64,000 bases of DNA from Gekko japonicus (GCF_001447785.1 NW_015173130.1:20924-84923); one strand, 5' to 3'. Positions 24,253-38,334 are shown, numbered from the stretch's first letter. Notes: a model not told the origin generated them from the sequence alone. Translations and numbers: made by a program.

Positions 24253-25532
24253 GGCCCCCCTCAGATGTGTGGCCTCTCTGATCTAACAGACGGCGAGTTT
24301 TGCATGAACATTTGACTTCTTTAAATTGTATGATAATGCTTCGATAAAATATGCTCATTGTTGTATTTACTGTAGAGGTCATTTGGCCTTGGACCCTAGG
24401 TTTCAAGAGGCAAGAGGGGCTCAATCAAATTGGCAAAGGGCTGGATGTTCCCTTCCCTTTACTTATTGCCATATGCCTTAAATGTTAGAGGTGACTATTT
24501 GCAGGGAGAGGAAGGGGCAGCGAAATGGAAAGGCAAAGTTGGGGGCTCCACTGATGTCATTCTGGCCAGCGGCCCACAAAACCCTGAACTTATTTACCAT
24601 GTTTCCATCACACCTCTACACATTACTTCACACTACTCTGCAAAACAATGGAAACGTCTTGATATCATCGTGTATTAAATTTAACAGTGTATTCTGCGTC
24701 ACTTGTGAAACTGCCCTGCAAACTCCCATCCACTTTTCAGTCCTATCACTGCTAATCCACGAATAAGTTATTCATAACAAAAAATTATTTGCTTTCTTCT
24801 TATTTTCTTGTATATAAAAAGGACACCTGGTTGCTCCAGCCTAAATAAATCTAATGATCATACCCTTGGTTTAATGTTTTTAAAAGGCCATCATTTCCAC
24901 TTTGCAAACAACAGGATGAAGGGACACTTTGAAGCTTCAGCACCAGAAGAACAACAAGGAAGAGTGCTCCTTTTGGAAGCACAGAGCTATACTGAACAAC
25001 AATTGATTATTGTCCTGGCTTGTTAACGAGTCACTCCGAGTCCTGCATCAGTAGAGTCTTAGAAAGGGTTTCATTAAGTAAATTCTTGACCAGGACCAAT
25101 ACTGACACTTGTGTGTTTAGAAAACAAAACAGAACATGTCAGCAGCACACATAACCCACCTAGGAATGTCAGGGAATATTCCAGAGTACAAACACTGCTT
25201 TCCTTCCCCAAACCAGGAATTCTCACGTTGGAGTGGATTGTCATCTTAAGGGACGGATTGCTTTCTTTGCAGTGTTTGGATTTTGGACTGGAACTTTCAC
25301 TGAACTGAACAGTCCCAGCCAAAGCAGGCTTATAATGGCTAAGACGCTAAAAGCAAAAAAGTTAAGAGTTGCGTGTCAATTCTTGCTATGCCTTCCCAGG
25401 TCTCCCTCATGTTCCTCTCTTGCTGCTGCCAAGTTCTTTCTGGGCTCACTCTTCTGTTCTTGCTGATTTCCTTTTTGAGTCTTGCTTCCACAGGAAGCAG
25501 ATACCTGGCAGATTTGCGGGGGGCACAGAAAA

Positions 25533-25787
25533 TCAGCTGTGGAAATTCTGCACCACTGTCTGTTTCTGAGAGAGCCGTAGGAGCTCCTCTCGGATTGCTT
25601 TGATGAGAGAGGCCGAAGAGTGCCCCGGCTGCAGGTCCTCAGTGGAGCTGGTGCTGTAGCAGAGTCCCAGGCCTGGGGGGTTGCTGGGTGGAAGCTGAAC
25701 AGGTGGCGCTGAGGGTTGTCGGGCCGAAGTCCTCGGCATCTGGAATACTGGTGAGGAGGAATATTCTTGATGTCCAGGCGTATGCGT
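25533..25787 (-). CDS. KIAA1549: KIAA1549 terminal coding exon ([21 protein letters not shown]...[38 protein letters not shown])
   Basis: C-terminus matches the recalled KIAA1549 end [22 protein letters not shown]; acceptor tttccccag; TGA at 25533-25535. Confidence 0.96.
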   Translation of the reverse strand, partial: THTPGHQEYSSSPVFQMPRTSARQPSAPPVQLPPSNPPGLGLCYSTSSTEDLQPGHSSASLIKAIREELLRLSQKQTVVQNFHS

Positions 25788-26127
25788 CTGGGGAAAGGCA
25801 CAGAATGTTACTGCAGTTTGTGGTTAAGAAGTACTTGCAAAGAGATGAGAGAGAAACAATAAGCGAAGAAAAGAAAACAGAAAGGTTCTCTTGATCGAAA
25901 ATGTAAAATTGGAATGCTGAATGAACATAATTGTTTGGGAGAAAGCCAGGGAGCCTCACCGTCTACCGGTTTCCTGTCTGAGATAAAAAGGAGCAAACCT
26001 GCTGTGCCCCTTTTACAGGTTACAGGTAGAAAAGGTTTGTTCTAACCAAACATATTTTGCAATAATTTGCAACATTTAAAATGTTTTTGGTCTTCTGGGA
26101 CATTCCTTAATCCTTTTTGTAGACTTT

Positions 26128-26345
26128 GCCCTAACCTAGATAGCCCAGGCTAGCCTGATCTCATCAGATCTCAGAAGATAAGCAGGGTCAGCCCTGGTTA
26201 GTATTTGCATGGGACACCCCCAAGGAAATCCAGGGTCGTGACACGGAGGCAGGCAATGGCAAACCACCTCTGAACGTCTCTTGCCTTGAAGATCCCATGG
26301 GGTCACGCTAAGTCAGCTGTGACTTGATTGCACTTTCCACCACCA
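26128..26345 (+). mobile_element. 5S-derived SINE, full length
   Basis: Same family; (CCA)n tail; TSD tag(a/g)ctttgc. Confidence 0.85.
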
Positions 26346-26617
26346 TAGGCTTTGCAAAATTATATGAACAAAAGACTACAGTCTCTGGGGCTGCAGTCGT
26401 AAGGAAAAGATGGGCATAGGGAGAGAGGAGCGATGTAAACCCCTTCTCCATTTCCCCACTGAAAGTTTCCACCTCTTTGCTAGGGAAAACTTACCTGTAC
26501 ACTGACATGTTTACTGTAAGAGACTGTAAAGGAGCTGGAGAAGAGCAATTTTCAGTAGGGAAAAATGGGATGGGGGGGTGAGAGATAGCTCCTCCCCCAC
26601 ATATATTCTTCTAATGT

Positions 26618-26735
26618 CCTGGCCCCACTGGTGGACCTCCTGATGGCACTGGTATTTCTGGCCACTGTGTGATACAGAGTGTTGGACTGGATGGGCCTTT
26701 GGCCTGATCCAACATTGGCATCTCTTATGTTCTTA
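26618..26735 (+). mobile_element. CR1 3' fragment (also 45546-45655 on -; a second CR1 tail type at 28078-28300 and 53470-53755 on +)
   Basis: CR1 terminal hairpin with (TTCTTATG)/(TTCTATG) tail. Confidence 0.75.
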
Positions 26736-28723
26736 TTCCAATATTCCTCATCAAAATGCAGCCCCTGGAATGCTGATAAAAAGGTATCATGGGACTACAC
26801 ACCATGTGTAGTTCTGCCCTAAAAACAGTCACTGTCTAAGGAGGAGAGAGGGAGTCAGAGGCAAAAGGTATACTCTGAAGTGCATCAAGGTGAAGAAGAA
26901 AAAAAGAAAATCCAACAATCATCATAGTGCCATAATCAACATTCTGGAAAAACATTTGTCTGACTGTAATATGCGTCTAGTGATCATCAAAAATAATCAC
27001 GTTTGCACACCACCAACCCTGCTTCAGCATCAGTACCCACACAATCCATTGCCTGTTGGAAGGAAAAACTGTAGAGTGGTAAAAAGGAACTAAACTTGAG
27101 AAATACAGGTAAAAGAAGAACCAAAGAGCTACAAAGCAACACTGAGCCAACAATGTTAACAATGGCCATGCAAAAGAAGTTTACTGCTTGAAAGAGGGGG
27201 GGGGAAGATCAGGCACTAAGGAATTTACTTCAGTATGAACCAACAGGTGGTAGAGATTCAGTGCTGTATTTCAGAGCCCAATATAAGTACACAGACAATT
27301 CAAATCTGGCCATCTTGGTGTGAAAGGCTGTGAGGACTCCAGAGAGAGTCCCATTAATCAGGGAGTGGCTGTCTATGCTTCTGGCTAGAAGAGGGAGGTA
27401 CAATCAAAATCCTCCACGCCTGGGTGATACTACTGGCTGATATAAAACTCTGAGAACTGCTGCCTTTCTTCAGTCAGGGCAAACTGTCATTGAAGGAGGC
27501 CACTGGATACTCCCTTTGCAGTGCCAGACTATTTGCCTCTGGTCTGCCAGTGGTGTTTGCCCACTCTTAGTAGCCTGCAGCTCAAAAAGCCTGCTTTTTG
27601 AGGCTTGTTATGCCAAGGGACCCAGAACACACATCTTCCCATTGGTTACTTGAAGGTCATCTCAATTTCCTTACTTGCCACTTCCTTGCAAGATACTATG
27701 TCATGTGGAAACTGATAGATCTCCAGTGCCACACAGTGAATGGCACACAGCTCACCAGAAATCAGCCCTAAGGCCTAAGAAATGGGGGGGGGGGGATGGC
27801 CTCTCTCAGTTTTATGTCATATATCTTCCAGAAGTACAGTAGAAATTCTGACTCTTCCTTCTGAAAGTCAGGTCCATGCTATGGGACTTTTGTATTTCCA
27901 AATCTCTTTGTAACTCTAGTGAATCAATTTAAGGCCATTTGGATGTGGACTTAGGTGAGCCGGAGGACACAAAAATATACAACTACTTAAGAATGTGGAG
28001 TTCAGTCAGAAGGCCACATTCTGGAAGGTGCATTTTGCATGAATGAAACAGGCAGGTAAAAACTAAATCATCATTTAGTGGCCCTTTATGCCCAGGGTAA
28101 TGCTGATTGCCACTTTGGGGTCAGGAAGGAATTTTCCCCCTGGCCAGACTGGCCCAGGAATCCTGGAGGTTTTTTGCCTTCCTCTGGGCATATAAAAGGG
28201 GTCACCATGGGAGTGGGGGGGGAGGTAGTTGTGAATTTCCTGCACTGTGGAGGGGGTTGGATTAAATGACCCTTGAGGTCCCTTCCAGTTCTGTGTTTCT
28301 ATCATCAAGTGGTTTTTCAAAAGCCATGGTTCTTTGTGGTTACACTCGTGGCATCTTCAACTCCATAGTTGGTACCCAAATTTCAACATTAGCAACTGAC
28401 AATTCATTACCAACATCAGTCGGAAAACCTGGGCCACTGTTTTCAGTGCTTCCTACCTACACTTGCCTCAGAAACAGCGTGTTGAATGGGCAGAACCCAA
28501 CCAACTCAGCAACGAGGACAAGAGCCAAGAGTGAGAAAGAAAAGGACAGAGAAGCAGAGATTAAGATGCAGGAGTATGAAAGAGACAAAAGCAGCTGCTA
28601 ATGTCTGATCAGCAAGTAAAAACGCCTTGGGAAGAAATGCTAAAACAGCAATGGATGCAAAAAGAAGTTAACTGAACACATGACCGCTTCAGAAACTATT
28701 CAAATACAAAGCACAGTACTCAC

Positions 28724-28878
28724 TGCATCTCTCCTAGCATATTCATCCTCTCCACGATACGGGGGCCACCCTGGTTCCCCCGGCTGGCCATGCCCTGCTC
28801 TGCCTGAGGGGATCTCCACTTGTTGACCTCCGATCCTGCTAGCAATTCCCACCTGAGTAAGGTGCTGTATCTGAGAAC
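28724..28878 (-). CDS. KIAA1549: KIAA1549 penultimate exon ([26 protein letters not shown]...EDEYARRDA)
   Basis: Conserved [16 protein letters not shown]; acceptor gcttttaag, donor GCA|gtgagt; 155 nt, phase 1-0. Confidence 0.95.
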
Positions 28879-31456
28879 CTTAAAAGCAAATATTGTGGTG
28901 TTTTTTTTTTCATTTTTACATGCAGCAACATAAGCGTGAGGGGCAAATAAAACTGAGGGTAGGAGGAGTGGAAAGCACAAAGGTATGACAGTTGGGAAGT
29001 GCGGAAAAAGGGAATAGGCTTTATTTAATTAACCAAGGTCCATGTACCGGAACCAAAAAGATCCATTGGCATGCAGTGCTNNNNNNNNNNNNNNNNNNNN
29101 NNNNNNNNNNNNNNNNNNNNNNNNNNNNNNNNNNNNNNNNNNNNNNNATATATGGAGTGCAGGGGGTAGAGGTGGGGAAGGGAAACAGACTGACAATCTG
29201 TTGGGCCAGATACGGTCTGTAATCTACCAGTATTTGGGTCTCTATTAAAGTGCCATTTTAAAGATCTACCACTGAGGGTTGGCATGCAAGTGACTTGCCC
29301 TTGGTGGGAGAGGAAAAAATATTTGCTTACTGAGGGACACTCAGCAAGAGAGGCATAGGAGTAGCTTAGAGCTGGGACACCAGACTTCAAATCAGACCCT
29401 CAGAAGAACCCGGAGTGGGGCACCCCAACGTGGCACCCATGGGCACCATGGTGGCTATTGACACCTTTCCTAGCACCCATCAAGTTAAAAAAAAAAAACA
29501 ACGGGTGGGGCCAGGTGGGCCTTTTGCTCAGCAGGTCTTTAATTAGACACTGGAGGTATGACTCGCTGTGCATATATTTTTTTTAAATGTTGCTTTGGCA
29601 GCAAATGCCACCACACACTCATTTCAAAAGGCACCCTGCCAGCAGGACTTCTGCCTGAAATGTTGAACTACTATTAGAGTTTGGTGTAACCTCACTCCCT
29701 CACAAATTGTGGTTGGCTCTGTTTCTTATGGCAGCCATTTTGTGGTTGGCTCCACCTCCTGTGGCAGCCATTTTGAAGTTGTGCCCATCACCCTGTGTCA
29801 GAATTCCAAAGCTGCCCACAGGCACTGGCAATAATTTTGAATCTTGGCCAGTCAGAAGATCAGTACTTTGGAGCTATGCTCAGGGCTGCTCTTAACACTA
29901 GTTCTGAACTAAAAGTACAAAATACTTTTTACTCAAAAACTCATCAGTCGTGAAGCACATGTAAACCACTCTCCCCTTTGAAATTCATTAAAGCATTGAT
30001 TGGGAAATAGGTCCTTCGTGATGTGTGTTTTAAAACAAGGATTTACTTGCATCTACATCTTTACAACTGATGCAGTACACACAATTTATATAAGTCTCAG
30101 TGCCTGTGTGTAAAATATATCGGGGTCTTGTGGCACCCAAGACAAACAAGTCATTAGTCTACCACTAGCGTTTGCAGATTCCAACCCAGTCTGTCCATAT
30201 GCGTCTGACAATGCAGGCTCTAGCCCACAAAAGGTTATGCTGACTTTCAAGGTGCCATGAAAAGTCTGATTTATTTTTTTCTGCGACAGACTAACACAGC
30301 TGCCCATCTATGTATAGAAAAGTAGTGTGAGGTGATGTCCTCAGTTCAGAAGCTACCCACTATATTCTTGCAGTACTCTGACCTGAGTGGTGTTCAATGG
30401 CTGTCAGTGGCATTTCCAGCCTTGATGGAACAGAAACACCCCATTCAAGGCCAAACTTTTCATCACCACCTCATTTTCATCAAATGATAAATTAAAAGTG
30501 TTTCCTCTGCACTTAAGCCATAAGTAAAGTAACTTTAACAGATGCATTGTGGGAGTCTCAAAATGTCTTTCCTGTTTGGAAAAGCAATTTTCCATACTGT
30601 ATGGAAAAAAATACTAAAAAACCCCTAAATCTCCCAGACGTCCAAACTGACAGCTTAATCACACTTCCCCCCATATATATGATATACCAGACATTTGTCT
30701 TTGCCTCCAACCAACCTCCTAGAGCTGCTGATACAGCAATGCTAGGAAATCTTTTGGAGATACGGTTGCATACACAGCTACTGATGTTTCGGCCTGAAGA
30801 ATACAAGATATGAAGGCTTGTGTCCATTATTTCTGTCTTCTCTGAAGCATTTTAACAACCCATGTGAACATCACATACCTCACACACACGCACTAGCCGC
30901 GATGGAGCTGGACAAACAATATACAGATGTATATTGAGCTGCATGGTTCAGTGAAGAGCTTTTACTGCACCGATCCCCAGTTGGCCCTCAACAGTGAGCA
31001 AGTGCTATTGGGTACCCTGGACTAGGCTTGCCACCTGCCCTCCCCCAGCAGATGTTTGCTTGCTAATCCACTCACTTGCCCACCAATGCTGCTTGGCATG
31101 ATGGGAGACAGGGGAGGAACTGTGTCCAGATCCAGAAGTGATGGACAATGTGATGGAATACCCCCCCCCCCATATAATGGTCATTACTATAGAGATTTGG
31201 GGGATTCCTACAGTATTGCCTGGAAATGATATCACTTGCAGGTTTGCATGCACTTCCCCACTTTCTCCCACTGTGATGATCACAAGGCCTAGCATCCCAA
31301 GTATGGCTCCTGCTACCTGCTTGTATAGTAAGTTTACGGAACAACTTTGGCTGCTGCAGAGCCATGACTGATGACAAGGTGCTGAATTTTAAAATTCAGA
31401 TACTTAGTATGTTCTGGTAACATGGCCGAGTATGATACTTGTTAATCTTTAAGTAC

Positions 31457-31602
31457 CTGCAGTGCTTCCAACTGGTCGTGGCCGTGCTACTGATGGCATT
31501 TCCTCTGAGTAGATCCCTCTGCTGGAATACTGCACGTCAGGTGCCTGCTGATCTGGATGTATTAATTCAACAGGTGGAAGAAAACTCGAACCAACGTTTT
31601 GC
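31457..31602 (-). CDS. KIAA1549: KIAA1549 exon (QNVGSSFLPPVELIHPDQQAPDVQYSSRGIYSEEMPSVARPRPVGSTAG)
   Basis: Conserved RGIYSEEMPSVARPRPVG; acceptor tctgcttacag, donor G|gtactt; 146 nt, phase 2-1. Confidence 0.94.
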
Positions 31603-31799
31603 CTGTAAGCAGAGAAACAATGCAACGAAACATCTTAATGACCAACCTGTTTCCTAAGAAAACAGCATCTGTGTATCGTGCCACCTGTCTGCTCCATGAG
31701 ACCAACTCTTCTCCCACCCACTGCCCCACAGAATGGGTATCCTCCATAGTACCTTACCATGCTAAAACTGTCATATGGGTACTTTGTGTGCATTACAGT

Positions 31800-32880
31800 C
31801 TCTATTTCAATCAATCAGTCTTTATTGCATTAGCAAAGAAAAGCCACAGCATCAATACTGAATAAGGTGGAGATCCCACCAAAATAAAATTAAAAATGAG
31901 AAAACATAATAACTTAAAAATTAAACATTTTCCAATTAGTATTAAAATACAAACACAAAATCATCATTAAAATTGTACATCTAAAAGTAAGCGAGAAAGA
32001 CCTTACAATCCAGAGACAAATAAAAAATGACAAATAACAATTGACCCAGAGTGAAGCAGTCACGGGTCAGACATACTATGGTCAGCATGCCCCATCATCT
32101 TTTTATCCATAATGGTGGCAGCAAATCTTGCCATTTGGAGAGTAATGAATTTTTCTCTGTCAGTAATATAACTAATTTCTCCTGACCTGACCTTCCTGGG
32201 AAATGGGATTTTATGGTCTGCAAAAAGGTTCAACCTCATTTCTTGTATGTTGAAATGTGACATGGGATAGATCCTCAATAGACTTTTGATCACAGGAACA
32301 TTAAAACAGCCTTCCAAGACTGTGAGAGGTAAAATATCTAGGTGTGCCCTGGTAAAGGCCTTTCTGTACTTGCAATTTCTTAAACTGGTAAAGTACACTG
32401 AAAGAGTCAGGGGAGACGTTCTCAAGTTGCCTATGAGACCTACTTTGGTTTGAGCACTCTGATCTAGCAATCTTTGTTTTATGAGTAGCTTGGCTGCATG
32501 GAACCCAAGAGTCCGCCAAGTATTCTACCGGGACACCAATCTCAACACAGAACTGTGCCATGTGTTATCCTTCATCTCACCATATGCCAAGGTCAAAAGG
32601 CCAGGGGATGTACAGAAGATGATCTTCAGCCAGTAATTAATGGTTGTTTTATAAACTAGAGTTGTTACTGAAGGTAGAGATAATTCTATACTAACCACAG
32701 CTGAAGGTGTTGATGGCGAAACAGCGAAATTTAGAAATTTTGAGAGATTTCTAAAGACTGGAGATTTCCAAAGCCCCATATCAGTGCTCCATACAGAAGT
32801 TGGGGCAGTAACTTTATTTTGTAAATTTCTATAGTTGGAGGAATCAGGCAGCCTCCTCTCCTCCTATAAAATCTAAGAAG
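31800..32880 (-). mobile_element. Degraded RTE-X-like LINE ORF2 C-terminal fragment
   Basis: KIKLLPQLLYGALIWG, INYWLKII and YRKAFTRAHLDILP motifs. Confidence 0.65.
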
Positions 32881-34152
32881 ACCAAGGACGGCTTTTTAGA
32901 GAGTCTCTATTTTAGTCTTAACTATCGGGTTAGAAGAGGATGACTCTTTTAGGGCAACATACCCCTTAGCTTTTTAAGACTGTCAGAGGAAAGAGAAGTG
33001 TGCTGTACCATTACCACAGTAGCAACTGGAGTGGATTTCAGCACAGGTAAGGGCTGTCCCTCAATAATAGCTTGAATCCTTTTGAAAAGATTTTCACAGG
33101 TTCCTCCGCTCCTGCGGTAATCCTCCAGTTCCTCTAACAAGCTGCTCCTGAGGATCTCCTGTCCCTCAGGGGCAACATTTTGGCTGACATTTTAGGCCTT
33201 TACGACAGAGAAATTTTACATGGGATCCAACCCACTGTTTGCAAACTCTGAACAGTACACACTTGAACATTAAAAAAAACCCAACTGGTTAGTGGATAAC
33301 AAAACATGCAGCCAGTACAGGAGCAATATCAATCACCTTGAAGAAAATAAAGAAAACATAGAGGCAGAGCTTTTAGATCAAGCAGGATCTTAACCCTCAA
33401 CACAAATCTGCAAAATTAAACACAGAAGTGAATGTAAATTCTTCCAGTTCAATTGTTATGACATTCCCAGTGACCAGCATTGCTGCAGTATAGGTGACAG
33501 ATTCTAAACAACGTTTACAATTATTGCTTTTGGATTTATCAGTAAACCCCAGTCATTTTAAGAGTCCCTAGAGAGAGAGAAAGAAACCAGTCAAAAGCTT
33601 GGACTCAGCCTGGTTTGCCACCATCATTGGGGCATTTCTACCAGTAGAAGGGGAGAAGAGAGACTTGTACCAATTTCCTCCTGCTGCAGACTTCACAGTA
33701 CCCCTAGCAGTGGCTTGTAACCAATGAAACTGGAACTAACGGCATACAGTATTTTCATGCATTCCTCTCCCCCTGCAGAAAGGGGTGGGGGGAGAAAGAA
33801 CAATTTCTCCTCTGAAACCCCCTATAGCACATATTCAGGGAAATGTTTTACTTGCTTGTGTCTTAATATTGTCGTTGTTAATTGTAAGCTGCCTCGAGCA
33901 GTACTCTGAAAAGGTGGCATAAGAATGTTGAGTAAATAAATAATAAATATACCACCATCTGAGGATTCCTTTTCTTTTCCCATAAGGTATCCTCAGGTAT
34001 ACCTTAGAACAGTGGTTCCCACAAGTCCCAATTTTCTTGGCATTGTGACCCACTAAAAAGAAAAAAGAAACAGCCTGCACAAATTTTAAAAACTGCAAAA
34101 ACCTGGGACCCCCCCTCCTTCACCAGCTTCATGACCCACTTTAGGGTTGGCC

Positions 34153-35435
34153 AGCATATAGAAAAAAGCCAGGGACATGCTATATCTCATAGAATATGCA
34201 AAAGTTCACATGAAATAGATGAAAATACAAATATAACAAAAAGGTACAACAATATATAAATGCAAACAGTGAAATATGTAGCCAAATAACGAAGGCTCCG
34301 GATTCTTCTCTTCGTTTCGTGAATGTCACTTCATCAGAAGTAAGTATCCTTGACTACAAAGTAGAATACAGTATAATTTATATTCTATAACATATATCCT
34401 AAACAATGTATAAAGCTAATGTGAATTGGACCCTGAGAAACCAATGATAAAATATTATATCACAATCTTGTTGTCCTTATTTCTTTTCATGATGTAGAAA
34501 AATAAATTTTACAAATCTGTAACAATATTAAAACGTTAACGTATGGAAATAACCTCATAGAAATACAATACATCATGTTACAATAATTTATAATGATCGA
34601 TAATAATTTATACACTCACCAAGCGTCTTGTACAATTTCACATAGTCATCAAAAATCTCAAAATTGCACAGAAACCTCACCTGTGACACCTGCTAATTAC
34701 AAAAAGCAAGAGAAATCCATTTCATTATTTAGAACATAGGGACTAATGGTATGCAGCTTGTGTATCCAATATGCTTGGTTTCCCACTTCCTCGAGCACCA
34801 ACATGATTGCAACAGCTTTACTTTTGTTGTTTTGGAAGTCTTTAATAATGACCCTTTTATCATAATGGATACTAAAAAAATGCTACTTAGATGTGAAGCA
34901 TATTGGATACACAAAGCTGCATACCATTAGTCCCTATGGTCTAAATAATGAATTTGTACAAGATGCTTGGTGAGTGTATAAATTATTATAGATCATTACA
35001 AATTATTGTAACATGATGTATTGTATTTCTATGAGGTTATTTCCATACATTAATGTTTTAATATTGTTACAGATTTCTAAAATTGATTTTTCTACATCGT
35101 GAAAAGAAATAAGGACATCAAGATTGTGGTATAATATTTTATCATTGGTTTCTCAGGGTCCAATTCACATTAGCTATATACATTGTTTAGGATATATGTT
35201 ATAGAATATAAATTAGGCTGTATTCTACTTTGTAGTCAAGAATACTTACTTCTGATGAAGTGACATTCACAAAATGAAGAGAAGAATCCGGAGCCTTCGT
35301 TATTTGGCTACCTGTTGCACTGTTTGCATTTATATATTGTTGTACTTTCTTGTTATATTTGTATTTTCATCTATTTCACGTAAACTTTTGCATATTCTGT
35401 GACATATAGCATTTCCCTGATTTTTTTCTATATGC
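34153..35435. mobile_element. ~1.3-kb Penelope-like palindrome nested in a hAT MITE
   Basis: ~490-bp inverted arms; 15-bp direct repeat ccactttagggttgg at 34136 and 35476; CTGATGA...GAAAC core. Confidence 0.8.
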
Positions 35436-36009
35436 TATTTTACCTTACAAGCTAGGAGGTCTCTTATTTTGCTATCCACTTTAGGGTTGGGACATGTTGC
35501 CTTAGGAGATATTAAGATAGTGTGATAACTAATAATAATTCAGTGCTAGACATAGGAATTTATTAAATAAGTGTATTTATTAAGATTTACATGAGAAAAC
35601 AAACGACATTAATATATATATATATCTACACACACACATATACAATGTTGATATACAGTAACCTTTCTATTTCCATCACACCTGTATCCACAGCACACAC
35701 TCAGTTAACTAAGCTTTCCAGGTCTGATTTTCTTAACACCTTTTCCTTCCCTCTTTTCCCAACTTCCTCCCTTTGCTCAACTGCTTCTGACTGACCCTAG
35801 GAGATTCTAATGGACTAACTAGTTTTCTTCACCTGTAGAATGGCTAAACTTCCACCAAGCCAGCTTCAGCTTCCCATCTTGAACAATCATAGGCAAGCCT
35901 AGCAGTAACCAACCACCTTCTTCTGAACTCAGAATCTGAACTGCATCTTTCTCATTCCTTTTTAACTTTAAACAAACAGTAAAATTCTCATGTTGTTATA
36001 TCCCCTACC

Positions 36010-36540
36010 TATTTATTTATTTATTGGATTTATAGCCCTCCTTCCCCTGTACAACAGGGCTCAGAGTGGATAACAACAATGGTAACATAATAGCAACCAA
36101 TTAAAATAAGATGGTAACAACAATTTAGAATTAAAAACAGCTCTTAACTAACAGTTAGTACAATGGCCCATAAAAAGGAAGGACAACATAGTGCCCCTTA
36201 TCCGAATGAGAGTAATATTATACATATTAAATAAATAAGGAATTACAAGAGATGGGAAGGGACGGGGGAGAAAAGGGGTGAAGAGGGGGTCAGTTTTGAT
36301 GGTAGCTGTCATTGTCCTCACCCCTAAGCCTGGAGGAACATCTCAGTCTTACAGGCCCTGTGGAATTGTGTCAGGTCTTCCAGGGAATGGATCTCACTCA
36401 GCAGGGAGTTCCACAAGGTCGAGGCCAGGGCTGAAAAAGCCCTGGTTCTGGCTCAGGACAGCCGAATATTTTTCGGACCGGGGATCACTAGTACATTCTC
36501 ATTCATTGAGTGTAATGCTCTTTGGGAAATATACCTGTGT
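36010..36540 (-). mobile_element. L2 LINE 3' fragment
   Basis: tttatttattgg...gggctcagagtgg tail and gggagttccacaaggtcg.ggccagggctgaaaaagccctgg typical of squamate L2. Confidence 0.65.
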
Positions 36541-36925
36541 GGCTATTTATCCACTCAGGTCCTGCAATCCCAGGAATAATCTTTCTGGGGTTTGGAAGGT
36601 GCAGAGATAAATGAGAGAAAGTCAATGTCCCAGTAATGTTTCATCGGATACAAGTCACTGCTACTGGGGGAAACCTGATCCTCAGGGCAGTGCTGGGTAC
36701 AAGAGACTGCAGCAGGCTGTAGCTAGAGTTAGGAATGTTTGATCCTTTCATTGAGCTCCACTAATGTTACTCTGGATCCAAGCCAAAATCTGAAAACATC
36801 AAATTTTGGCATTGTGGGAAACAAACAAGGAAAAATATTGACCAAATTTTCACCTTACTGTCCCTGCTATGCATGCCCCGATGCAAGTTTTAGCAATTCA
36901 CGATAAACATTCTCCACCTCCCCAC

Positions 36926-37131
36926 CAATGCTCCCTCTAAGCTGTGAAGTCATGTGAGCAAAAATCCTACTTTGTGAGCTGCTGGCATTAAAGTTGTGAG
37001 CGAGTGGTTTGGCTATGGCATGAATTAGTTTGCTCTGGAGCCATCCTTCCTGAGCTAAGGCAAAAATGTGTGAGCCGGAGGCTAAAAAACTGTGAGCTAG
37101 GACACAATAACTCAGCTTAGAGGGAACACTG
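36926..37131 (-). mobile_element. hAT-type MITE, same family as 845-1046, inverted
   Basis: Same TIRs; 8-bp TSD ctccccac. Confidence 0.9.
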
Positions 37132-37239
37132 CTCCCCACCAACTATATTTTTGAACAGCCCTAGAAACATGCACATTTATAACTGACTGTCTGCAATATA
37201 TATATGTGCCATTTGGGAAAACATGAAATAACACAATAT

Positions 37240-37665
37240 ATATGAAGCTGCCTTATACTGACTGAGACCATTGGCCATCAAGGTAAGTAATTTGTACTCA
37301 AGATTGGCAGTGGCTCTTCAGGGTTTTAGACAGAGGTTTTTCACATCACCTACTGCCTGGTCCTATTTTAACTGGAGGTGTGAGGGACTGAACCTGGGAC
37401 TTCGTACAAGTAGATAATCTATCACTGAGCCACAGCCCCTTCCCAAATAGAGTACAATACACATGAAGCTGCCTTATATACTGAATTAGACCATCAGTCC
37501 CATCAAAGTCTACTGTCTATTCAGACTGGCAGCAGCTCTCCAGGATCTCAGTTAGAGGTCTTTCATGTCACCTACTACCTGATCCTTAACTAGAGATGCC
37601 AGGGATTGAACCTGGGACCTTCTGCATGCCAAACAGATGCTCTACCAGTGAGTCGCAGCCTTCGC
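37240..37665 (-). mobile_element. Two tandem tRNA-head SINEs with CR1-like tails (family also at 52550-52745 and 63500-63710)
   Basis: ggctcagtggtagagcatctg...ggtcccaggttcaatccc head on -; aaggcagcttcatgtgtat tail. Confidence 0.8.
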
Positions 37666-37991
37666 CTGCAGTATGAGCACATAGTTTGAACTCTGAAAAT
37701 GTAAAAAAAGTTTACCATTTCCTCAAATTGTGTTACTGCTTGCACGATTTGAAAGTTTAGACGTAGAATATTAGTTTCTAAAATATGGCCTTGCACTGTT
37801 CTCAGGACAGCACCCCCCTGTTACCATACTAGAAAGAAGGTATATGAGGTATAAGGTATGCAGGCCAGCCCACCGAAAACCTTGATTAAATTATTGAGAA
37901 GAAAAGGAACAATCTGTTTTTCCAGTCACCGTTCCAAGAACTGGCTATTTAAACCACTTTGCTGTGACACTAATAATAGTTCAGTGCCATA

Positions 37992-38334
37992 AAGGTAAAG
38001 GTTCCCTTGCTCGAAAGCCAGTCGAATCCGACTCTAGGGTTGCGGTGCTCATCTCCGTTTCCAAGCCGAAGAGCCAGCGCTGTCCGAAGACGTTTCCGTG
38101 GTCATGTGGCCGGCATGACTAAACACCAAGGTGCACGGAACGCTGTTACCTCCCCACTGAAGTGGTACCTATTTATCTACTTGCAATTTCTTGCTTTCGA
38201 GCTGCTAGGTTGGCAGGAGCTGGAACTAGAGACGGGAGCTCACTCCGTCATGCAGCACACTCGGGTCTCGAACTGCTGAACTACCGACCTTCCACAGCCT
38301 GCAGTTCAGCGTCTTAACCACTTGAGCCACCGCA
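37992..38334 (-). mobile_element. Sauria SINE, full length
   Basis: tRNA-like head, (ACCTTT)n tail, flanking gccata duplication. Confidence 0.88.

Larger units (their letters stand above)
13690..25532 (-). other. KIAA1549: Putative long 3'UTR of KIAA1549
   Basis: No coding exons between the stop codon and a terminal-looking U-rich block with AATAAA (minus strand) at 13709-13714; several more proximal AATAAA hexamers exist, so the extent is inferred. Confidence 0.45.
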
